DNA of 25,045 bases. Source: a virus. Its lineage: Duplodnaviria > Caudoviricetes. Where the stretch lies: positions 1 through 25,045 of IMG/VR virus record IMGVR_UViG_3300036784_000118; one strand, 5' to 3'. A model generated the notes under the pieces. The model was not told where the DNA came from. It saw nothing but the letters and a program-made list of their open reading frames with translations, and searched no databases. Shown piece by piece: positions 1 to 8,726 of this stretch; within the stretch, counting starts at the first letter, position 1; each line of letters opens with the position of its first letter. A program made the position numbers and the translations under genes.

Positions 1-322
1 GCAACACGGGTGAGAATGAAGCGCTCGATGTCTCCGACCACACGCCGCCTTCGTTAAGCATGAGGCGCACCGCGAGCTTGCCGATGTCGGCACTGATCAG
101 CGTGATGCACGCATACACCGCGTGAAACGCAAGAATCGTTTCAGGCCGAAGCTCGATATTGCGTTGCCACGCACCCGCGAACGGCTCGCGAACGATCAGA
201 GGCCACCACCCGCCGCTTCCGAACGGGCCAAGCGCACCATTCACCGGTGTGGTGGTTGCCACCGATGAAGACGATGAGACACGTGGTGCGGCCCGTGTGA
301 TGGAAAGGCCGAAGATGCGCAT
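1..322 (-). CDS. HK97-family portal protein, N-terminal part (runs off window)
   Basis: Not in the ORF track. ATG at 322 follows a GAAGGAG RBS and reads MRIFGLSITR...GGWWPLIVREPFAGAWQRNIELRPETILAFHAVYACITLISADIGKL, a typical portal N-terminus (AVYAC..I..DI.KL). Open to the window edge. Confidence 0.85.
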   Translation of the reverse strand, partial: MRIFGLSITRAAPRVSSSSSVATTTPVNGALGPFGSGGWWPLIVREPFAGAWQRNIELRPETILAFHAVYACITLISADIGKLAVRLMLNEGGVWSETSSASFSPVL

Positions 323-325
323 GGC

Positions 326-613
326 TCAGTCTCCTTCATGCGGATCATCGTCTTCGGCACGCACATCGCGCCGCTTGTAGCGCCCCTTTTCGTGGTCTTC
401 ACCTTCATCGTGTTTGCCCTTGCGGCCTTTCTTCGCGCTCAGGGTTTCACGCTTCGCTTCCGGTTTTCCGCCCTTCGGTTGAGGGGTATCCGCCGAACTC
501 ACACGCCCATTGAAAATGTTCACTTTCGCGTGGGTGTCGTCCATCTCGAACACTTCGCCGGGTTCGTGTTCCTTGCCGCCGTATGCCACCACCCGATTCG
601 CTTTCACCTTCAT
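326..613 (-). CDS. small basic hypothetical protein between capsid and portal (possible head accessory protein)
   Basis: Likely start is MKVKANRVVAYGGKEHEPGEVFEM at 613, downstream of the terminator hairpin. It ends in a 'YKRRDVRAE' motif, and its stop lies 3 nt before the portal start. Confidence 0.6.
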   Translation of the reverse strand: MKVKANRVVAYGGKEHEPGEVFEMDDTHAKVNIFNGRVSSADTPQPKGGKPEAKRETLSAKKGRKGKHDEGEDHEKGRYKRRDVRAEDDDPHEGD

Positions 614-626
614 CACGCACCCCCAC

Positions 627-661
627 AAAAGAAAAGGGCACACCGTGTGAGGGTGTGCCCT
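627..661 (-). terminator. Rho-independent terminator after the capsid gene
   Basis: Stem AGGGCACACC (635-644) / GGTGTGCCCT (652-661), followed on the minus strand by TTTTCTTTT. Confidence 0.75.
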
Positions 662-697
662 GTGCTTCACATCACGAGCGCTTCACGCGCGTGGCCT

Positions 698-2188
698 TCA
701 TGCAGTCTGCGTGCCCCGCGTGCCCATCACGGTTCCGCTTTGAGTGCCGGCATCTTCTTCGCTATCGTTCGCCGGCGGGGCGGGCAAAACGAAGTTACCG
801 CCATAGCGTGCGCCGCTGATGTAGGCCACGGCTTGTGCGCGACGGCGTTGCCAGTTGATGAAGCGCTCAGCACGAAGCGCGATCATGTTGTTTTGCCACA
901 GGCTCACGAGCGCCGCCGCACCCGCTGTCGGTGCGCTGTCGAGTTGCAATGAGGCTTCACGCGATGCATCGAGCGTCACCCCACCATCATCGGCCATCAG
1001 GATTTCCGAAGGCTTCACGAGAACAATCATCGTGCTCGATGGGTCGGTGTCGCCGGTGCTCGTGTGGTGCGGCACGTTGGACGACACCACCACGGGAAGG
1101 CCGAAGAAATACCCGCCGTTCATGTTGATGCCCGGAAATTCCGCCTGGCCTAACGCGTTGGAAAGCATGCCGATGGATAGCGCCATAACCGGGTCCATGA
1201 TCCAGTAAGCGCCCGCAATGCTCATGTTCGCCTGTACAAAGTAGGCGAAGAGCGTGCCGATGTCCTGCCGCAAAGCATCGGCGGTTACACCGCTTGCGGC
1301 AATCACCGTGGCCCCGTTGGTGATCGAAGCCGGATTCACACCCGGCACCGCTGCCACAGTCGGATCGATGAATTGAACATCGAGAAACTGTGCAATGGTT
1401 TCGATCAGGTCTTGCTGCACGATGTCTTCGGCTGACGGATTCGAGAAGCGCACGAGTTCATCAGTCATCACCACGATGCCCGCCGCCTTCGTGAAGCCGA
1501 GCGTGACGGTGCCGAAGCCCAAAGCGCTCACCGGCTTCGGCTTGCCTTCACCCACCCAGCTAGCTGAAGATCCGCTTGTCTGCGAGGGCATCTTGATATT
1601 GAACGGCACACGGCGGAAACCCGTGATCTTGCCCATGATGGTTTCCGGCCGCAATAGCTCGATGAACTCGCCGGTGATGTTCTGATACTCCACGAGCGGG
1701 GCGGCCCATGCGGGATCGGTCGTGGTGCCCGCCGCCACTGCGGCACGTAGCACCGTTTCGACTTCGGGTGTGGAGTCGTGCCACCCGCGTGCGCACTCCA
1801 CCGCCTGCATCAGGTTGCCACGCGAGCGGGCGAGTGCGATGGCATAGCGCGTGAAGGCCACGCCTTTTTTCATACGCGGTTGCACGGTGATCACGCGCGC
1901 TTCGCCCACTTCGACACCGCCCACGGCACGCACCGCGCTCGCGGTTTGCAGGTCGCGCACGATGATCGGGGTGGCGCTGCGAAGCACCTGCGCTTCGATG
2001 CTTTTCAGGCGCTTGATGTGCCCATCGATGGCTTGCGTGTCCTGTTCAAGCCCATCGAATTCTTCCTGCTGTGCGGCATCGAGGGTGGCCCCGGCTTCGC
2101 CCGCTGCATTCATGATTTCAGCCATGCGGGTTTGCGCTGTGGTGCGCCGTGCTTCGAATGCTGCGATCTGTTCGGCATACGTCTTCAT
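698..2188 (-). CDS. major capsid protein, HK97 fold, with N-terminal delta/scaffold domain
   Basis: 496 aa with a coiled-coil N-terminus, ASWVGEGKPKP, 'K.AGIVVMTDELVRFS' and 'SLWQNNMIALRAERFINW' motifs. GGAG RBS and ATGA overlap with the protease gene. Confidence 0.93.
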   Translation of the reverse strand: MKTYAEQIAAFEARRTTAQTRMAEIMNAAGEAGATLDAAQQEEFDGLEQDTQAIDGHIKRLKSIEAQVLRSATPIIVRDLQTASAVRAVGGVEVGEARVITVQPRMKKGVAFTRYAIALARSRGNLMQAVECARGWHDSTPEVETVLRAAVAAGTTTDPAWAAPLVEYQNITGEFIELLRPETIMGKITGFRRVPFNIKMPSQTSGSSASWVGEGKPKPVSALGFGTVTLGFTKAAGIVVMTDELVRFSNPSAEDIVQQDLIETIAQFLDVQFIDPTVAAVPGVNPASITNGATVIAASGVTADALRQDIGTLFAYFVQANMSIAGAYWIMDPVMALSIGMLSNALGQAEFPGINMNGGYFFGLPVVVSSNVPHHTSTGDTDPSSTMIVLVKPSEILMADDGGVTLDASREASLQLDSAPTAGAAALVSLWQNNMIALRAERFINWQRRRAQAVAYISGARYGGNFVLPAPPANDSEEDAGTQSGTVMGTRGTQTA

Positions 2189-2772
2189 GGTGTCTTGCTC
2201 CGGTGAATCGTGCGGATTACGAACGGTTCTGCGCTGACGCGCGCCGGTGGGTTGAGTCGCACCACGCGCACGGCATCGGTGTGGCCTGTCGCGGCCCTGA
2301 TGTCGTGATCGATGCTGCGGATCGTGTTAATCGTTGCTTCGGAATTGGCGGGAATGGTGACAAGGGAAAGCTCTAGCCATTCCCACGATAAAAAGCGCAT
2401 GCCGCCGCTTTCCATCATTGAATATTCGAGCGGCCTGAAGCCGATGCTCACCGCCTTGATGAGCCCGATCTTCACCGATTGCCATGCCTCATCGAGCCGA
2501 TCCTTCAGCGTGCCCGCCTGATCGACGCTGAGAATCTTTGCCTTGAACGGAATGCCATCGGCCTGCGGCTTCGCGAAGGAAACATTGCCCACCGGCTGAT
2601 CGCTGCGGTGCTGCCACAGAAGCGGCATCGGCAAGGCGAACTTCGCACCCATCGGCTCAACTACATCTTCATAACGATCAGGCGAAGGGGTGGATGCAAT
2701 GCCTTCGATCACCCGTGCTTCTTCGTCCGTGCTGCGGATATCAAGCATCGTATAAGCGCGTTCAAGTTTCAT
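2185..2772 (-). CDS. HK97-family prohead protease
   Basis: IEGIAST..PDRYEDVVEP, PLLWQH, VSIGF and ELSLVTIPAN motifs. The start may be 2772 (MKLERAY) or 2790. Confidence 0.92.
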   Translation of the reverse strand: MKLERAYTMLDIRSTDEEARVIEGIASTPSPDRYEDVVEPMGAKFALPMPLLWQHRSDQPVGNVSFAKPQADGIPFKAKILSVDQAGTLKDRLDEAWQSVKIGLIKAVSIGFRPLEYSMMESGGMRFLSWEWLELSLVTIPANSEATINTIRSIDHDIRAATGHTDAVRVVRLNPPARVSAEPFVIRTIHRSKTP

Positions 2773-2786
2773 CGCGTGGCTCCCGT

Positions 2787-4355
2787 TCATCCGATAAAGA
2801 ACATCTGATATTCAGGCGCACGCTCGCTTGCTTCGCCTGTACCCATTGCCACCGCCATCGCGGTTGCTACCATTCCATCAATGCGCCCGTTGCTCCGGTC
2901 TTTCGCAAACTTGCGATTGCCCGCCGCATCACTGATCACCGCTGCGTTCGCGGCGCACATCGTGAGCACCGGGTGATTACCGTGGCGCATCTTTCCATCG
3001 AGAAGAAGTGATTCGAACTCGCGCAAGGCTGGCGACATGCTCACCATGCCTTGCCCGAATTCCTGAAATTTCGCGATGTCGCCATCACTGATGCCCGCGC
3101 GTTCAAGCTCGGGCCGTAGAAACTTCATGTTGTAGCGGTCGAAGGCAATCTTGCTGATGTCGTACCGCTCGAAGAGGTCTAACAGTTCGTGCGCGATGAA
3201 TTCATACTTGATCGACTTGCCCGGTGTGAGAAGAAGCAAGCCCTGATTCGCCCACATGTCATAAGGCACCCGGTCTTCGCGGCTCTTCTCTTCGATGCCT
3301 TCTTCAGGTAACCAGAAGCGCGGTTCGATGAACCATTCATTGTTTTCTTCCGGGTCTTGCGCGATCAGTACAAGCGCGGTTAGATCGCTCACCGATGAAA
3401 GATCGAGCCCGCCATACACCACAAGGCCATCGAGATTCGTGCGCCGCGCCTTGCCGTTGATCATCCACGTGGCCGCACTCACGTAGAGGTTTCGCCGCTG
3501 CACGCGCTGATTCAATACAAGGTTGCGATAGTCCGCTTCACGCGAGGGCATGCGCTTCGCGTTCTGTGCGAGCTTGCGCACTTCGTCCTGATTCATGAAC
3601 TCATCGAAGGCCGGATTCGCGGCCCTGATCGCTTCATCGCTGAAGGGGTCCATCTCCACCGGTGCGGTGTACAGGAAAAGCTTCGTTTGCGGGTCCGCAC
3701 CCGTCTTCGCGTCATCAATGAGCACCGATAGAAGATCGGCATCGGTCGGTGCCTGCGTGCTGATGACCACGCTTAGCGGTGATTCGTTGGCCGCACCCGC
3801 CGTTTCAAGCGCTTCATAAAGCTCACTGCGCGGGCCTTTCACCTGCCCTAGCTCGTCGTGCACCGTGAAGACAGGTGAGAGGCCATAGGCCGTGCGCGCA
3901 TCCGCACTCAGTGCCCGATACACCGTGCCGAGTTCGTGACAGTAGAGAACCTTCACCGTTTCACGGATCGTCACGTAAGCATCAAGATCGGTGTTCATCC
4001 TGATCATCTTCACCGCGAGCGCGAAGAGTAATGAAGCCTGATCGCGCGATTGCGCCGCGCTGTATAGCTGCGAATTGATCCGCGCTTCAGGCCCGCACAG
4101 GTGAAGCAATAGAAGCATTGCCATGAGCGCGGTTTTCGAGTTCTTGCGCCCGAAGCTCACGATGGCGAGCCGCGTGGGGCTGTCATAAATGCCCGTGATC
4201 ACCGCACGCTGAAACGTCCGTAACCGTACCTTCTCCCCCGCGTGTTTGCCTTCCGGCACCCGGCAAAACGTCTCTATCCATCGAATGTTCCGCTCGCCAC
4301 GGGTCGGTGTTCGGGGCGTTGCCTTCACGCCGCCGCCGCTTCGCCGTCTTCCCAC
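2787..4355 (-). CDS. terL: terminase large subunit
   Basis: Walker A-like GRKNSKT, Walker B VHDELG, motif III VISTQ, and nuclease motifs GGLDLSSVSDLTA and RIDGMVA. Confidence 0.95.
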   Translation of the reverse strand: MGRRRSGGGVKATPRTPTRGERNIRWIETFCRVPEGKHAGEKVRLRTFQRAVITGIYDSPTRLAIVSFGRKNSKTALMAMLLLLHLCGPEARINSQLYSAAQSRDQASLLFALAVKMIRMNTDLDAYVTIRETVKVLYCHELGTVYRALSADARTAYGLSPVFTVHDELGQVKGPRSELYEALETAGAANESPLSVVISTQAPTDADLLSVLIDDAKTGADPQTKLFLYTAPVEMDPFSDEAIRAANPAFDEFMNQDEVRKLAQNAKRMPSREADYRNLVLNQRVQRRNLYVSAATWMINGKARRTNLDGLVVYGGLDLSSVSDLTALVLIAQDPEENNEWFIEPRFWLPEEGIEEKSREDRVPYDMWANQGLLLLTPGKSIKYEFIAHELLDLFERYDISKIAFDRYNMKFLRPELERAGISDGDIAKFQEFGQGMVSMSPALREFESLLLDGKMRHGNHPVLTMCAANAAVISDAAGNRKFAKDRSNGRIDGMVATAMAVAMGTGEASERAPEYQMFFIG

Positions 4356-4777
4356 GGTCGCGCCGCGTCTTTCTCTGCATTCACCTTCGTCGCTGCCACC
4401 CGATCATCCATCCGGCTCGATGGCGCGATGCGAAGCTTGATGCTGAGATTCGTGAGCGAAGCCGATGCGATGGACTGCACATAGAGCATCGGATTCGGCA
4501 CCTTGCGCCCGTTCGCATTCGTCACCGTGAGCCCTTCGAGCGCGATGGCATCAGTGGCTTCATCGAATTGCGCGCTATGCACACACCAAAGCCGAAGCAA
4601 GCGCCGGTCGCACGCCTTGAAGTAATCCGCTGGCAATGAATTCACAAGCTCGCGCCACGCTGCCGCCTGTGCCTTCGTGAGCGTGGCCGGTGGCTTCTGA
4701 CGTGCGCGCACCACGAGCTTCGGCGGTGTCTGCATCTCGCTCGCGCTCATCTTCCGGCCCTTGCGCGGTCCTGTCAT
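4325..4777 (-). CDS. terS: terminase small subunit (P27 family-like)
   Basis: PPATL...AWREL, 'GLTVTNANGRKVPNPML' and 'LRIAPSSR' motifs. Lies directly upstream of and overlaps terL. Confidence 0.88.
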   Translation of the reverse strand: MTGPRKGRKMSASEMQTPPKLVVRARQKPPATLTKAQAAAWRELVNSLPADYFKACDRRLLRLWCVHSAQFDEATDAIALEGLTVTNANGRKVPNPMLYVQSIASASLTNLSIKLRIAPSSRMDDRVAATKVNAEKDAARPWEDGEAAAA

Positions 4778-4779
4778 AT

Positions 4780-4890
4780 GGCCCCCTAAAAACCCCTGAA
4801 AAACACGGATTTACGAAAATCGAAGCTACTCACGGGGTGTTCTGGCGAACGAAAAAAAATTCCGAATCGCCCCCCCACGATTGGTCCCCG
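4780..4890 (-). other. probable cos/packaging initiation region
   Basis: Non-coding gap upstream of terS with a minus-strand GGGGGGGCG run and T-tracts. This is the usual cos position in HNH + P27-TerS phages. The exact cut site cannot be determined. Confidence 0.45.
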
Positions 4891-4919
4891 CGAGCGCATC
4901 GGTGGCATCGCGGCTGGCA

Positions 4920-5441
4920 TCAGGCATCGGGCATCACGATGGCTTCACCCTGATCGAAGTTGCCTTGCCAGTCATCAGGCCGGGGCTTGCCGGGTTTCCA
5001 TGTGCGGTTCGCGTACATATCCCATGCGCCTTTCGGGTCATCGGTGCCGGGTAGCGGATAGGGATCGGTGTACATGAGTAGGCGGGCCACTGCTGCCGCT
5101 AGAACGTCGTCTGTCGCGAGTTCGTTGTAGATCGCGACGGCATCGAAGGCCACATGCCTGCGCTTGCACACGTGTTGCAGTGGTCCGCTTGATGCCGGGT
5201 GGAGATAGACACCCCACACGCCACCGTGGCTTGATTCGGTGCCCTGCTCGAATTGCCAGTAACCACGCGCGGGACCACCGCCATACTGTTCGCGGGTAGT
5301 GAATCCGCTTTCCTGTAATCCGATGGTGAGAAGAAGCACACGTGCCGCGTCTGAGTCCATCTCGCCGGGAAGGATTCGCAAGGCCGGGATGATGGCCTTA
5401 CGCTGGATCGCGTGAAGATTCGGTGTGGTGGTGTTGCTCAC
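4920..5441 (-). CDS. putative endolysin (lysozyme/transglycosylase-like)
   Basis: True start is likely GTG at 5441 (AAGGAG RBS, GTGA overlap with the HNH stop), giving 173 aa. It has LLLTIGLQESG (catalytic Glu candidate), GPARGYWQFE and LAAAVARL motifs. Confidence 0.7.
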   Translation of the reverse strand: MSNTTTPNLHAIQRKAIIPALRILPGEMDSDAARVLLLTIGLQESGFTTREQYGGGPARGYWQFEQGTESSHGGVWGVYLHPASSGPLQHVCKRRHVAFDAVAIYNELATDDVLAAAVARLLMYTDPYPLPGTDDPKGAWDMYANRTWKPGKPRPDDWQGNFDQGEAIVMPDA

Positions 5442-5761
5442 TTGTCGTGCTCCTTGAACCACGGGTGATGCGGATCGATGGGCAAGCCGGATGCATCGCA
5501 CCCGCTGAGCCGGTTGCCCTGTTCGTGCTGGGTCTTGATCACGTGGCACGGGATGCAAAGCGATTGAAGATTGCTTTCGTGATCGGTGCCGCCCTGAGCG
5601 AGCGGGGTGATGTGATCGACTTCCTGTGCCGCCGTCACGAGCCCTTGCCTGAGACACTCAGCGCATAACGGGTGGTGATGAAGCTGGCGTGCGCGGATGC
5701 GAAGCCATTTGTGCCCACGCGTGCGTTCCTGCCGCTCGTGCGGTGGTCGCGGGGTGGGCAT
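5438..5761 (-). CDS. HNH endonuclease (terminase-associated, gp74-like)
   Basis: PLCAEC...EVDHITPLAQGGTDHESNLQSLCIPCH and a C-terminal GCDASGLPIDPHHPW. Confidence 0.92.
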   Translation of the reverse strand: MPTPRPPHERQERTRGHKWLRIRARQLHHHPLCAECLRQGLVTAAQEVDHITPLAQGGTDHESNLQSLCIPCHVIKTQHEQGNRLSGCDASGLPIDPHHPWFKEHDK

Positions 5762-5844
5762 GGCTGAGCTTTCGGGTAAGGCGGTTCTAGCCGCTCGTGG
5801 TGCCGGGTAGGTGCGGATATGGCAACAATGGCGCGCGAGCGGTT

Positions 5845-6114
5845 CTAGGGCGCTTTAGCGTGGCTCGAATCGGCGTTGCCGCCTTCGGGTGTGCTTCCCC
5901 ACGGCGGGTTACCGTGGCGCGGGGTGATCCAGTAATCGGCCTTGTTCTTCGCCATGCCTTGCGCCTGCATCTCATCCGCGCTCCGGCATCGGCGTGCGCT
6001 ATAGGGTCCGGTGCGGTGCATATCGAACGCATACACCGAATTGAAAAACTCACCGCATCCCGCACACTGATTGCGATCACCGGTGAGCACGCGCCGTTCA
6101 TGCTTTGCCATCAT
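5845..6114 (-). CDS. FDXHR-type putative zinc-binding phage protein
   Basis: CAGCGEFFNSVYAFDMHRTG...RRC motif and AAGGAG RBS. Confidence 0.7.
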   Translation of the reverse strand: MMAKHERRVLTGDRNQCAGCGEFFNSVYAFDMHRTGPYSARRCRSADEMQAQGMAKNKADYWITPRHGNPPWGSTPEGGNADSSHAKAP

Positions 6115-6123
6115 CGTTCTCCT

Positions 6124-6399
6124 TCATTCACGTGAAACGGGACCACCGGCAAGCGGTCGCAAGGTCGGGTCTACCGTGCGCACGACATCGAGCCGCACAT
6201 CACCGGCCATCACCACACCGCGCACGCCATCGGGCACCACGTCTTCAAGCTGTCGGCGGATCGCTTCGAGTTCGGTGCGCCGCGTGCCGCTCGCCACCGA
6301 CACCACGAGCACATCACCGGCACTGAGCTTCACCGCCTGCACGCGCTCGATCCACGGATAACCTGTGATGTGCCGATTGAGCCATTCACCGAGCTTCAT
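6124..6399 (-). CDS. hypothetical protein, first gene of the late operon
   Basis: Probable start MKLGEW at 6399, just downstream of the terminator. Fits the operon packing. Confidence 0.55.
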   Translation of the reverse strand: MKLGEWLNRHITGYPWIERVQAVKLSAGDVLVVSVASGTRRTELEAIRRQLEDVVPDGVRGVVMAGDVRLDVVRTVDPTLRPLAGGPVSRE

Positions 6400-6415
6400 G
6401 AGGGTTTGCCGTCCG

Positions 6416-6456
6416 AAAAAAAGCCCGCCATATCCGCTTGCGCTGCGGTGGCGGGC
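6416..6456 (-). terminator. tR'-like intrinsic terminator
   Basis: GCCCGCCA (6423-6430) / TGGCGGGC (6449-6456) stem followed by 7 T on the minus strand. It ends about 90 nt downstream of the predicted late transcription start. Confidence 0.75.
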
Positions 6457-6512
6457 AATCCGAAAATTTACGATGAGGGCCATCGCTAGACACCTTGCCT
6501 AGCTTGCGGAGA

Positions 6513-6541
6513 ACAGTACGCAATTTGTCCCACGTTTTCAA
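6513..6541 (-). promoter_or_regulatory. pR'-like sigma70 late promoter
   Basis: Minus strand TTGAAA-17 nt-TACTGT, located between the Q-like gene and the terminator as in lambdoid late control. Confidence 0.65.
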
Positions 6542-6543
6542 GC

Positions 6544-6559
6544 GGTTTCACGTGAAACA
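6544..6559. promoter_or_regulatory. parS-like palindrome
   Basis: GGTTTCACGTGAAACA is 15/16 identical to the canonical parS TGTTTCACGTGAAACA. A weaker copy (13/16) lies at 6124-6139. Confidence 0.65.
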
Positions 6560-6578
6560 TTCTGTGATCCGAAGTAAA

Positions 6579-6618
6579 TGATCGGCTTTGATCGCGTGTG
6601 ATCGGCTTTGATCGTCTA
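6579..6618 (+). repeat. 10-bp phased TGATCG array 1
   Basis: TGATCG at 6579, 6589, 6599 and 6609. Confidence 0.9.
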
Positions 6619-6628
6619 ATTCACTTTT

Positions 6629-7243
6629 TCATCGAATCCGAAACACCGGATCGCACATCCCTTGCGTGATGAAGAGCTTTTCGAGCGCGCTGATAGCTTC
6701 GGCTTCGAGCGCACGGCACTCGTGATCGACGTAATGCGCAATGCGCGCGAGGTGCGACTTGCTCACGCCGGTGCGCGCCGCGATATCCCGAAGGCTGTGG
6801 CCGTCACGCATGCGCGGTGGCGTGTATCGCCGCTCGATGATTTCACGCACGCTCGCCGGGTCACGACAAAAGCGCACGCACGAGCACACGTGTTCGGTGA
6901 GCCCATTGATGCCCACTTCGCGTTCATCGGCGGCTTGCGTGAAGGCCGTCATGATCGCGTATGCCTGGGGTGCGGGAAGGTTATCCACGGCACGGCGGAT
7001 CATCGCGCACTGAGCGTGCCGCTCGAAGGGTGTGAGGCCCGCAAGATTCACGTGCGCGGATGGTGTGCCGAGAAGCCGCGCATACCAGTCGCGCTGGCGG
7101 GCATTGGTGAGGTGTGCGCCCTGCATCATCTCGATCAGCGCATGCCGAAGCGAACACGGCAATTGCGCTACACGCGCGCTCATGCCGTAGCTCACACCGA
7201 GTGCCACGCGGGCATCGCTGAACATCATCCGCGCATCGTTCAT
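6629..7243 (-). CDS. putative late-gene regulator (Q antiterminator-like) with C-terminal HTH
   Basis: 204 aa with HTH 'SLRDIAARTGVSKSHLAR'. It is the last gene before the pR'-like promoter and terminator. Confidence 0.6.
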   Translation of the reverse strand: MNDARMMFSDARVALGVSYGMSARVAQLPCSLRHALIEMMQGAHLTNARQRDWYARLLGTPSAHVNLAGLTPFERHAQCAMIRRAVDNLPAPQAYAIMTAFTQAADEREVGINGLTEHVCSCVRFCRDPASVREIIERRYTPPRMRDGHSLRDIAARTGVSKSHLARIAHYVDHECRALEAEAISALEKLFITQGMCDPVFRIR

Positions 7244-7509
7244 GGTGATTCTCCTTCGAGCGTGACGACATCCGCATGCTCATCACTCGCCGCCTGTGTT
7301 GCGATCCACGCGAGCGCCGCGCGATGTGCTTCGACATATGAGCGCGTGGGATGGCATTCGTGATCGACACCGAAGCGGTATGCACGCCCGATCCATGCGC
7401 GAATGTTATTCGGCAAGGCGTGCCAGTGCGTGCGGCATCCCCAATGCTGAAAGGGCACCTGAGCCGTGCACTGAGGCCACGGGCAAGGATGGCGATGCGC
7501 GCGGCTCAT
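7240..7509 (-). CDS. hypothetical Cys/His zinc-finger-like protein
   Basis: HPCPWPQC...WGCRTHWHALP motif and ATGA overlap with the next gene. Confidence 0.6.
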   Translation of the reverse strand: MSRAHRHPCPWPQCTAQVPFQHWGCRTHWHALPNNIRAWIGRAYRFGVDHECHPTRSYVEAHRAALAWIATQAASDEHADVVTLEGESP

Positions 7510-7511
7510 GA

Positions 7512-7820
7512 TCACGTTTCCTGTACCGGGTGCGCCGGTTCCGTTGCGGTGGCGGGCTCCCATGCTGGCGCACCCGGTGTCAGAAGCCGCGCTTCGTTGG
7601 CCGGTGGTGGTGCGGGTTGCGCCGGTTGCGCGGGTTGCGCGGGCTCTGCCGGTGGTGCCGGTTGAGCGGGTGCTTCGGCGGGTGCCGGTGCCACAGGTGC
7701 CACAGGTGCCACGGGTGCCACCGGTGCCACAGGCACCACCGGTGCGGTGGGCGCTTGTGGATCGACGGGCGTGGTGGTCGTGGTCGTGGTCTGCGCGGGT
7801 TGCTCATTGCTTGTCATCAC
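7512..7820 (-). CDS. Pro/Ala-rich low-complexity protein
   Basis: GAAGGAG RBS; (PVA)n and (PAQ)n repeats encoded by 9-bp tandem repeats. Fills the operon gap. Confidence 0.55.
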   Translation of the reverse strand: MMTSNEQPAQTTTTTTTPVDPQAPTAPVVPVAPVAPVAPVAPVAPAPAEAPAQPAPPAEPAQPAQPAQPAPPPANEARLLTPGAPAWEPATATEPAHPVQET

Positions 7821-8058
7821 GTGTTACTCCTTCGGTGTGCTTCACCGGGTGGTGAAGATTGGGGTTTGCAGGTGCCGCGCTCACGAGCGCATTGCGTGCG
7901 ATGCGTGCACAGTTGCGCAAGCTCGCGATGCTGTTGCCGCCTTCACCGATGTCGGCAATGATCGCGAGCGCTTCGCGAAGCCGCACGTTATCGGTGGCAA
8001 GGTGGTGCCGCATGTGATCAGAATGCACAAGGCGCATCGTTTCTCGTTTCATCGTCAT
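7804..8058 (-). CDS. hypothetical protein
   Basis: Co-oriented ORF overlapping its neighbours, containing 'NVRLREAL..IA'. Start uncertain. Confidence 0.5.
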   Translation of the reverse strand: MTMKRETMRLVHSDHMRHHLATDNVRLREALAIIADIGEGGNSIASLRNCARIARNALVSAAPANPNLHHPVKHTEGVTRDDKQ

Positions 8059-8518
8059 CTTCGAACTCGAATTCATTCTGCTGCATGGTCATGGGTCGGA
8101 TGCGCACTTCAATGCGCGGGTTGATGCGGTCGATCCGGTGAAGCACGAGCTTGCCGCGCACCTGCCTATCGTTGCGGTAGCACCCGTTTTGCACGAGCGC
8201 CTTCTTCGTGGTGTTCGGCACCTTCGCATAGCGGTCTTGCAAGACATCGAGCACCACCGCTTCATCTAAATCGGGCCTTTCGGATGCATAGAACATCGTG
8301 AGCCGCACGAACACCGGACCCTGAAGACGCACGCGGCACTTCGGCGGAATCTGTCTGAGCGCGTTCGCTTCGAACTCGCGGGCCTTCTCGCTTTTGATCA
8401 CCATCGGCACCTTCACCTTCTTGCCGCCATCGGTGATCTTCGTGCGCGTGACTAGCTCGCGGCTGTTCGCCTTGCTGGCCGCTTCACCGAAAATCGTGAA
8501 TTCGAGCACATCAGGCAT
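8018..8518 (-). CDS. RusA-like Holliday junction resolvase
   Basis: Start MPDVLEFTIFGEAASKANSR, with RPDLDE, NDRQV and PRIEVRI motifs. Confidence 0.8.
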   Translation of the reverse strand: MPDVLEFTIFGEAASKANSRELVTRTKITDGGKKVKVPMVIKSEKAREFEANALRQIPPKCRVRLQGPVFVRLTMFYASERPDLDEAVVLDVLQDRYAKVPNTTKKALVQNGCYRNDRQVRGKLVLHRIDRINPRIEVRIRPMTMQQNEFEFEDDDETRNDAPCAF

Positions 8519-8726
8519 CACGCTCACCTTTCGTGCCGAAGTACGGGATTCGGGGCAAGTCGGCACCGATGATCGTGAAGCACACGATGTGAAGCTTGAG
8601 CACCGGCAAGCGATCAGGCAACACTTCCACATTCGCGCTCGTGATGCCCTGCACGGGCATGTCATCGATGCACACGAGTGGCCGCTCACCGGATAGATCG
8701 AGCGTGAGTACAGGCTTCGGATTCAT
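8511..8726 (-). CDS. hypothetical protein
   Basis: 71 aa from MNPKPVLTLDL, coupled by ATGA to the upstream gene. Confidence 0.5.
   Translation of the reverse strand: MNPKPVLTLDLSGERPLVCIDDMPVQGITSANVEVLPDRLPVLKLHIVCFTIIGADLPRIPYFGTKGERDA

Noticed and set aside
5442-5657. N-terminal extension of the 245-aa ORF 4920-5657
   Set aside because: It overlaps the HNH gene in another frame. GTG at 5441 has the RBS and the stop-start coupling.
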